In this document: one piece after another, positions 57,532 to 64,000 of the stretch | How the letters are laid out: every line of letters starts with the position of its first letter | Numbering within the stretch: position 1 is the stretch's first letter | Assembly (NCBI GenBank): GCA_045537285.1 | Contig: JAZSPC010000052.1 | Span: 1,873-65,872 of the forward strand | DNA from: Clostridia bacterium | GTDB taxonomy: Bacteria > Bacillota > Clostridia > TANB77 > CAG-508 | Direction of reading: 5' to 3' | DNA: 64,000 nucleotides | Made by a program: the position numbers and the translations under genes | Notes under the pieces: model-generated | Told to the model about the DNA's origin: nothing | Databases searched by the model: none | Seen by the model: only the letters and a program-made list of their open reading frames with translations

Positions 57532-58470
57532 TTAGAATTGTATTACTAATTTAGGATTAATATATCTATTTTTGTATCGAATTTCTAAATGAAGGTGTGG
57601 GCCTGTTGATGTTCCTGTTGACCCAACAGTTGCTATTGTTTGTCCTATTTTTATTTTATCTCCTACTTTTACTTTTAATTTTTGGCAATGTGCATAAACT
57701 GTCATTACATCACCATTTACAATTTTTATAAACTTACCATATTCTTTATTTTCTTCTGCAACTTTAACAGTACCTTCCATTGCAGCTTTTATATATGTCC
57801 CCAAATTTGCTGCAATATCTATGCCTTTATGATCAGTTGTCATTCCATCTATTATAGCTTCTCTATCTCCAAATTCTGATGTAATAGTTCCATTTAATGG
57901 CTTTTGGAATTGGCATAATTGGGATAATTTCTCCACATCTAATTCCATTTGAGTTTTAGCTGTTTCTTCTACTTTCTGTTCTTCAACATCTTCCAAATTT
58001 TTATTATCTGATGTTTCATTTTCTTTATTTTCATTATCTTCTTTTATTACATTTTCTGTTTGAATAGAATTATTTTCTATTATTACAGTATTTTGTACCG
58101 CACTATTTTCTAATATATTTTGAACTATATTATTTTTTTCGATAGCTTGATTTGAATCTATTGGTGAAGATATAAATAGCATAAAATTATTATAAAGTTC
58201 TCCAAAATTTATATCATGATTTAATATTTCACTTGTGTTTTTAATTATATCTGCCGAAAAAACATAATTAGTTGTAGATATTAAATAAAAAACTGTATAT
58301 ATTAACAAACAAATTATAATTTGTATTATCATTTTTTTAAATAATTTATAATCCTTTTTCTCATTTACATTTACTCGTGTTGCGTTGGTTTTATAATTAT
58401 TATTGTTTCTTCTTTGTGATATTTCTATTGCTCGTCTTATTTTTTCTTCATCTGATAGTATTCTTTCCAT
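57532..58470 (-). CDS. M23/LytM-domain protein (occupies the SpoIVFA position)
   Basis: Start at ATG 58470. One TM segment, an Asn/Glu-rich linker, then HKGIDIAANLGT and GPHLHLEI. Confidence 0.8.
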   Translation of the reverse strand: MERILSDEEKIRRAIEISQRRNNNNYKTNATRVNVNEKKDYKLFKKMIIQIIICLLIYTVFYLISTTNYVFSADIIKNTSEILNHDINFGELYNNFMLFISSPIDSNQAIEKNNIVQNILENSAVQNTVIIENNSIQTENVIKEDNENKENETSDNKNLEDVEEQKVEETAKTQMELDVEKLSQLCQFQKPLNGTITSEFGDREAIIDGMTTDHKGIDIAANLGTYIKAAMEGTVKVAEENKEYGKFIKIVNGDVMTVYAHCQKLKVKVGDKIKIGQTIATVGSTGTSTGPHLHLEIRYKNRYINPKLVIQF

Positions 58471-58538
58471 AAAAAACACCTCTTCTTTATCAATAGTTTT
58501 GTAAACTATATTCTAAAAAAGAGGTTTTATTCCATAAT

Positions 58539-58742
58539 TTATTTAAAAAATATATTAAGTATCATGCTAGCTATAAGAGTAAGTAAACTAATAGTTGTTA
58601 ATATTCTTAACTTTTCATATTTTTCTTTTAATTGATAATATTTTTTTAGATTTCCAAGCTCTCTATTGGTCAAATATTTTTCTATTATGTTTTCAGCTTC
58701 TCTTACAATATAACTTTCAGATTTAGAATTTTTATTTTTCAT
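58539..58742 (-). CDS. Small C-terminally anchored protein
   Basis: 67 aa from ATG 58742 (GGAGG RBS). C-terminal TM segment. Confidence 0.35.
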   Translation of the reverse strand: MKNKNSKSESYIVREAENIIEKYLTNRELGNLKKYYQLKEKYEKLRILTTISLLTLIASMILNIFFK

Positions 58743-58810
58743 TCTCGCCTCCAATGAAACTTTTTGTTCTTAATTTAAATATTCCCAAATCTTTTTTGTT
58801 ATATACATTT

Positions 58811-59992
58811 TTAATTTCCACAAATATGTTTTCTTGTAAGCTCTAATAAATTTAATTTAGAAAATCCTATTATTTGTGTTTTGGTTCTATCTTTTTTGAA
58901 TTCTTCTTTTAAAACTTCTATAATTTTTTGATTATTTTCTTCTGATTGCATATTTATATAGTCAATTATAATTATTCCACCTATGTCACGAAGTTTTAAT
59001 TGCTTTGCAATTTCTATGCTTGCTTCTTTATTTACTTTATATACAGTAGATTCCACATTGTCAATTCCTATGTATTTACCTGAGTTAACATCTATCGCAG
59101 TTAATGCTTCTGTTTTATCTATGGTTATAAATCCACCACATTTAAGCCATACTTTTCTTCTTTCTGCTTTTTCTATTTGCTCTTTAATAATAGGTCTTTC
59201 TTCTATAAAATCCTTGTCTTCTTTTATTAGTTGAACTTTTGAATTAAACTCTTTTAAAGTTTTTTCTATATATTCAAAATCTTCTATTGAATTTACTGTT
59301 ATTTTTTCTAAATCTTTATCTAACAAATCAATTAATAGTTTTTTTATAACATTATGTGATTTATATATTAGTTTGGGAAAATTATCTTTAACTATGCTTT
59401 CTTCATATGATTTATTTATATTGTTCCATTTTTGATTTACATTCTCTATATCTTTTTTTATAATTTCTTCTGGTTGATTTTCTGCTGATGTCCTAATAAT
59501 TACCCCACAGTTTGGTGGTAAATATTTTTTAGCAATATTAGTTAATCTTATTTTTTCTTGCTCATCTTCTATTTTTTGAGAAATTGTAACTATTGTTGTA
59601 TTAGGCATAAATACAATATATCTACTATTTAAACTTATATGTGTGGATACTTTCGCCCCTTTTGATTCTGTAAAATCTTTCTTAACTTGAATTAATATTG
59701 GCATACCAGGTTTAACTACATCTTTTATATTTTTAGTTTCTTCCTGAATTCCATCTTTTATATCGACTTTTGGAAGAATATCTTTTAAGTGTATGAAAGT
59801 ATTTTTTTCATGACCTATGTTTATAAATGCTGATTGCATTCCTTGTATAACATTTTCAACTTTTCCTACATATATATTTCCTTCAATTCTATTAATGCTC
59901 TCATCTTCATTATATTTTTCAACAAGATTTCCGTCTTCTATTAATAATATTTGTCGTTTATTTTCTTGTCTGTTTATTATTATTTCTTTCAT
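58811..59992 (-). CDS. rng: Ribonuclease G/E family (short form)
   Basis: 393 aa. S1 domain GNIYVGKVENVIQGMQSAFINIG. Catalytic region TEALTAIDVNSGK and GGIIIIDYI. Confidence 0.85.
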   Translation of the reverse strand: MKEIIINRQENKRQILLIEDGNLVEKYNEDESINRIEGNIYVGKVENVIQGMQSAFINIGHEKNTFIHLKDILPKVDIKDGIQEETKNIKDVVKPGMPILIQVKKDFTESKGAKVSTHISLNSRYIVFMPNTTIVTISQKIEDEQEKIRLTNIAKKYLPPNCGVIIRTSAENQPEEIIKKDIENVNQKWNNINKSYEESIVKDNFPKLIYKSHNVIKKLLIDLLDKDLEKITVNSIEDFEYIEKTLKEFNSKVQLIKEDKDFIEERPIIKEQIEKAERRKVWLKCGGFITIDKTEALTAIDVNSGKYIGIDNVESTVYKVNKEASIEIAKQLKLRDIGGIIIIDYINMQSEENNQKIIEVLKEEFKKDRTKTQIIGFSKLNLLELTRKHICGN

Positions 59993-60002
59993 TTAGTTTC
60001 TC

Positions 60003-60560
60003 CTAATTGTATTTATTCATAGCACTATCTATACCTGATTTAATTATTTCGTTTACTGCTTTTGCTGCGTTTTCAGTAGCTTCTTCTAGTATTTTATATT
60101 CTTCATCTGGTATACGAGTTAATATATGATTTAATAAATCATTTTTATATTGTGGATTACCAATTCCAACTCTAACTCTTGCAAAATTTTCTGTTTGTAT
60201 TTCGTGTACTACCGATTTCATTCCATTATGAGTTCCTGGTCCGCCTTTTTTTCTTATTTTTATAACCCCAGGCTCTATATCTAAATCATCATAAATTACT
60301 ATTAATTCATCCTCTTTTATTTTATAGAAATTCATAAAATCACGTACTGCATTTCCACTTAAATTCATATATGTTTGAGGTTTTAATAGAACCACTTTTT
60401 CACCTTCTATTGTTCCTGTTCCATATAGTGCTTCAAATTTCTTTTTATTTATTTCTATATTATTATTAATCGCTATTTTGTTTATTGTATCAAATCCCAT
60501 ATTATGCCTTGTTCTTGCATATTCTTCTTCTGGATTTCCAAGTCCAACTATTAAATACAT
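60003..60560 (-). CDS. pth: Peptidyl-tRNA hydrolase
   Basis: 185 aa. MYLIVGLGNPEEEYARTRHNMGF and GGPGTHNGMKS. Confidence 0.95.
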   Translation of the reverse strand: MYLIVGLGNPEEEYARTRHNMGFDTINKIAINNNIEINKKKFEALYGTGTIEGEKVVLLKPQTYMNLSGNAVRDFMNFYKIKEDELIVIYDDLDIEPGVIKIRKKGGPGTHNGMKSVVHEIQTENFARVRVGIGNPQYKNDLLNHILTRIPDEEYKILEEATENAAKAVNEIIKSGIDSAMNKYN

Positions 60561-60688
60561 ATTCTATTCTCCTTTTTGTATTTCATATACTATATTTTAC
60601 AATGTTTTTACAATATTTACAAGTTTTATTTTTAAAATTTGATATTTACATAAAATCATGATATAATTAAGGTTAGATGGTAAATTTA

Positions 60689-60701
60689 TTTTTAATGCCG
60701 T
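60689..60701. repeat. Left arm of a 13-bp perfect inverted repeat (TTTTTAATGCCGT)
   Basis: It is the exact reverse complement of 61060..61072. Confidence 0.9.
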
Positions 60702-60756
60702 CCGATATTTCGGAGGCATTCCTCCGAAGTAATTAAAACAAGTAGGAGGATTTACT
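60701..60756 (+). promoter_or_regulatory. Structured 5' leader with mutually exclusive hairpins and a decoy SD / anti-SD
   Basis: TCCGA-TATT-TCGGA competes with TTCGGAGG-CATT-CCTCCGAA. The CCTCC at 60721..60725 is complementary to the real SD GGAGG at 60745..60749. Confidence 0.35.
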
Positions 60757-61053
60757 ATGAATGATGTCAAAGTTGATTACGAATTGTTGAAATTTGACCC
60801 CAAACTCGATTTTAACCATAAATTCGTTAGTTTCCCTTTGGATACAGAAATTCTTTCTGTTGAACTAAGAGGAAATTCACCCGAATTATGTATTAATTAT
60901 ATGGCTCCAAACGAGAGCTTTGAAATTGATACTTCCAAGCGTTTCCACTTTATTGTTTGTAAATGCGAATATAGTAAGGATGTTATGGATAAATATCGGT
61001 ATTTAGCCAATGTAACTGTTAATCGAGAAAAATTTGCGGTATTTTGCAATTAA
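60757..61053 (+). CDS. Hypothetical 98-aa protein
   Basis: AGGAGG RBS 7 nt upstream. No motif recognised with confidence. Codons look more G/C-rich than in neighbouring genes. Confidence 0.5.
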   Translation: MNDVKVDYELLKFDPKLDFNHKFVSFPLDTEILSVELRGNSPELCINYMAPNESFEIDTSKRFHFIVCKCEYSKDVMDKYRYLANVTVNREKFAVFCN

Positions 61054-61059
61054 AACAAC

Positions 61060-61072
61060 ACGGCATTAAAAA
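61060..61072. repeat. Right arm of the 13-bp inverted repeat (ACGGCATTAAAAA)
   Basis: Reverse complement of 60689..60701. Confidence 0.9.
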
Positions 61073-61100
61073 GGTATACACTAATTGTGTATACCTTTTA
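61068..61100. terminator. Bidirectional terminator
   Basis: aaaggtatacac-taatt-gtgtataccttt stem. Confidence 0.75.
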
Positions 61101-61104
61101 TCTT

Positions 61105-62199
61105 TTATACATTTTCTAATGGATGATCCAAAATTTCTTTATACATTTGTGTATATGGTTTTGACATACTATATCTCACATCCGCTTCCATATATGTTCT
61201 CATTTCAGCAATGATTTTACATATATCTAGTGCTTCTTCGTATTTTTCTTTTATGATTATATTTATTAGTGTCATTAAAGAATTTTGTACTGCTGGAACT
61301 TTTAGCGTATTACTCAATTCTAAAAACCATCTAATATCACTCATAAGTTCTAGTCTATCTTCATCTGATAACTGTGTAGAATCTATAAATCTATATAATA
61401 AATAAGTCATGTTTCTTGCGTATAAAAACCTATAAAATTGTAGTTGTTTTTTCTCTACAAATAATTGATAAGTTCTTCTATATGCTTCATTTTGTCCTAC
61501 AAAGAATTTTTTAGAACAATTCCATGATGTAGATGCAGCTTTGTTTCTCACATTTCTTTGTCTATAATAATATATTATATTTGGAATGTAATATATTTTA
61601 TTTGCACATAAAAAAGAGTGCATTGTGAAATATGTATCTTCTCCTGGTAATCCTTCTAAACATCTTATATTGTTTCTTTTAATAAATTCTGTATTAAATA
61701 TTTTATTACACATTGATGAATTCATTACCCAGAATGATTCTGAATCAATTAAGCTTAATTTAAATTCTTTAAATCTTTCTTTATCAAAAACTGGTTTTTC
61801 CCATGGTGTACCATCTTCATCTGCATAATTCCAATTAGCTATTATTACATCTGCTTGTTCTTTTTCAATTTTTTCATACATTACTTTAAAAGCATCTATT
61901 GCAAAATAATCGTCTGCATCTGAGAACATTAAATATTTTCCAGTTGCATAAGCTAATCCATCATTTCTTGGTTTTCCACCAGAACCAGTATTTACGTCTG
62001 TTTTCTTTACTATAACATTGTTAGGATATTTTTTAGCATATTCCATGGCTATCTCAAAACTTTTATCTGTTGAATGGTCATCAATAAGAATTAACTGAAT
62101 ATTCTCAAACCCCAAATCTTGATTTATTATATGCTCAATACATTCTCTTAAATATTCTTCCGCATTATACATCGGTATAATCACACTTATTTTAAACAT
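61105..62199 (-). CDS. Family 2 glycosyltransferase with a C-terminal helical extension
   Basis: Start at ATG 62199 (GGGAGG RBS). Motifs ISVIIPMYNAEEYL, LILIDDHSTD, MFSDADD. Confidence 0.85.
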   Translation of the reverse strand: MFKISVIIPMYNAEEYLRECIEHIINQDLGFENIQLILIDDHSTDKSFEIAMEYAKKYPNNVIVKKTDVNTGSGGKPRNDGLAYATGKYLMFSDADDYFAIDAFKVMYEKIEKEQADVIIANWNYADEDGTPWEKPVFDKERFKEFKLSLIDSESFWVMNSSMCNKIFNTEFIKRNNIRCLEGLPGEDTYFTMHSFLCANKIYYIPNIIYYYRQRNVRNKAASTSWNCSKKFFVGQNEAYRRTYQLFVEKKQLQFYRFLYARNMTYLLYRFIDSTQLSDEDRLELMSDIRWFLELSNTLKVPAVQNSLMTLINIIIKEKYEEALDICKIIAEMRTYMEADVRYSMSKPYTQMYKEILDHPLENV

Positions 62200-62299
62200 T
62201 GATTTTACCTCCCATTTTCCAATTATACTTTTATTCTTTTTAGTTGTCAAATCTTAGATTACAATTTTAATTACATATATTAAGTATAATTTTATAATT

Positions 62300-62348
62300 A
62301 AAATACCTTTTATCTATTACTTTTTAGTTAATAAATAAAAGGTATTTT
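62300..62348 (-). terminator. Hairpin after spo0A
   Basis: aaaatacctttta / taaaaggtatttt 13-bp stem with a 23-nt loop. Confidence 0.4.
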
Positions 62349-62361
62349 TTATATTAATAAA

Positions 62362-63222
62362 TTATGCTGTTTTTAATTCTAAGCGTAGCTTATCACTAAT
62401 CATTGCGATAAATTCACTGTTTGTTGGTTTTCCTTTTGCTGCCGAAATTGTATATCCGAAGATGTTTTCAACAGTCTCTGATTGACCACGTCCCCAAGCA
62501 ACTTCTATTGCATGTCTTATTGCACGTTCAACTCTACTTGGTGTCGTATTATATTTCATTGCTATCTCTGGATATAATTGTTTAGTTATTTGGTTAATAA
62601 TATCTATATTATTAACTACCATCATTATGGCCTCTCTTAAATATTGATATCCTTTAATATGTGCTGGTACACCAACTTCATGGATAACATTAGTAACTAA
62701 TGCTTCCAGATTCTCTTGATTTTTTTTCTTTTCTGGCGAAATCTCTATGTAAGGTGCTTTAATTTCTCTTGCTATATAGCTATTTGTGTTGTTATTTATA
62801 TTATAATTATTTATATTACTATTTAAAAATTGTGGTTGTTGTCTGTATTTTCTTATTTCTTTTATTCGTTGTAGTAGTGTTATTATATCGAATGGTTTTA
62901 TTGCGTAATATTCTGCTCCCAATTCTAATGCTCTTTGAGTTATTTTATCTTGTCCTACTGCTGATAACATTATACAAAGTGGATTCTTTTTCATTTTAGC
63001 AGCATTAATTCTTTCTAAAACACCTATCCCATCTAAATGTGGCATTATTACGTCTAATAAAACTACTTCTGGCTCGGTGCTTGTTATCATCTCAACTGCT
63101 TCTTTTCCATCTCTTGCAATTGCTATTATCTCAAACTCATTATCATCCTCGATATAACCAGTTAATGTCTTAGCAAATTCTGGATTGTCGTCTGCGATTA
63201 AAATTGTAATTTTGTCGTTCAC
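62362..63222 (-). CDS. spo0A: Sporulation master regulator Spo0A
   Basis: Start at GTG 63222 behind AGGAGGA. Receiver domain [10 protein letters not shown]…DVIMPHLDG…SA. Asn-rich linker. C-terminal domain [19 protein letters not shown] and [15 protein letters not shown]. Confidence 0.95.
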   Translation of the reverse strand: MNDKITILIADDNPEFAKTLTGYIEDDNEFEIIAIARDGKEAVEMITSTEPEVVLLDVIMPHLDGIGVLERINAAKMKKNPLCIMLSAVGQDKITQRALELGAEYYAIKPFDIITLLQRIKEIRKYRQQPQFLNSNINNYNINNNTNSYIAREIKAPYIEISPEKKKNQENLEALVTNVIHEVGVPAHIKGYQYLREAIMMVVNNIDIINQITKQLYPEIAMKYNTTPSRVERAIRHAIEVAWGRGQSETVENIFGYTISAAKGKPTNSEFIAMISDKLRLELKTA

Positions 63223-63324
63223 TTTTTCTCCTCCTAAAATAAAAATTGTAAATATTTTACATTTTTGTATTATAATATGTTTTAAAATATAATGCAATAG
63301 TTTTTTGGAAATTTTTTCAAGTTA

Positions 63325-63352
63325 TGAAAAAAGTGCCGTATTTTCGGCACTT
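63325..63352 (-). terminator. Terminator after the yigZ-like gene
   Basis: agtgccg-tatttt-cggcact stem followed by a T-run on the minus strand. Confidence 0.75.
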
Positions 63353-63958
63353 TTATACATATATTTTTTTTATAAATTCTATTTTTTTAACATTTATTTC
63401 TTTTTCTGAAATATTTTTTAAAGCATTTCGTTCTTTAATTCCAATTTCTAAAATAACATTTTCCAAGTATTCTTCTTTTAATATTATTATATCATTATTT
63501 TTTGCAAAATATTTGAATTTATCTACATCTGTATAATTAATTTGTATTTGATATAAATCTCCAATATTTTTTTCTATTATGCCTGCATTTTCTAATCCTA
63601 ATGAACATGCAGAAGAATATGCCTTCACTAATCCACCTGTTCCTAAAAGTATACCACCAAAATATCTTGTTACTACAACTAATACATTGCCTAGATTATT
63701 TTTAGATAGTATATTAAGCATTGGTGCACCTGCTGTCCCAGAAGGCTCCCCGTCATCACTTGCTTTTTCTATTACTCCTTCTTCTGTGACGATTCTATAT
63801 GCATAACAATTATGTCTTGCATCATGATATTTTTTATTAACTTCTTTCATCTTTTCTTCCGCTTCTTCTCTTGATTCTACATAGAAAATATTTGCTATAA
63901 ACTTTGATTTCTTTTCTACTACCTCAGCGGTAGCATTTTCTTTAATTGTTTTAAACAT
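63353..63958 (-). CDS. yigZ: YigZ/IMPACT-family protein (UPF0029)
   Basis: 201 aa. Motifs KSKFIA, ARHNCYAYR, DDGEPSGTAGAPML. Confidence 0.85.
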   Translation of the reverse strand: MFKTIKENATAEVVEKKSKFIANIFYVESREEAEEKMKEVNKKYHDARHNCYAYRIVTEEGVIEKASDDGEPSGTAGAPMLNILSKNNLGNVLVVVTRYFGGILLGTGGLVKAYSSACSLGLENAGIIEKNIGDLYQIQINYTDVDKFKYFAKNNDIIILKEEYLENVILEIGIKERNALKNISEKEINVKKIEFIKKIYV

Positions 63959-64000
63959 ATACTTCTCCTATTTTAACATTCCTGCTGTAAACCCTGTTGA

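Overview
This is a very AT-rich window (roughly 25-30 % GC by eye, not computed) from the chromosome of a spore-forming Firmicute of the Clostridia type. That assignment rests on spo0A, cotJABC, a spoVM-like mini-ORF and a spoIVFB-like protease. About 85 % of the genes are on the minus strand, and most are housekeeping.

Housekeeping content:
- Translation and RNA: rpsB, efp, the ylxM-ffh-rpsP-ylqC-rimM-trmD-rplS operon, rpmB, rpsF-ssb-rpsR, pth, tgt/queA, rluB/rluD, tsaC/tsaE, rnr, rng, secG.
- Central metabolism: pyk, pgi, glgP, pflBA.
- DNA repair: recG, nth.
- RNA genes: tmRNA and tRNA-Trp, tRNA-Gly and tRNA-Leu.

I saw no CRISPR array, IS element, integrase or prophage.

The non-routine content is cell-surface related:
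1. Two paralogous large proteins (18001..20413 and 54691..56829) have a prepilin-like N-terminus that lacks Glu5. One of them is frameshifted near its 3' end.
2. The frameshifted paralog is preceded by a consensus promoter, a 20-codon leader ORF containing an uninterrupted (CA)11 tract, and an intrinsic terminator. The geometry suggests a slipped-strand, translation-coupled attenuator. This is my top candidate.
3. A sortase sits next to a 1216-aa adhesin with 8 CnaB-type domains. Its LPKTG motif is followed by one Cys and a stop, so the usual hydrophobic and charged anchor is missing.

Smaller observations:
- unannotated spoVM and a 50-aa membrane mini-ORF next to rpmB;
- a 98-aa ORF bracketed by 13-bp perfect inverted repeats, with a decoy-SD/anti-SD leader;
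- a protein with pentapeptide-periodic G[FY][DN] repeats;
- an orphan replication-relaxation-like gene;
- acidic or basic extensions on L19, S2 and S18.

All functional calls come from motif recognition by eye. No database search was run.
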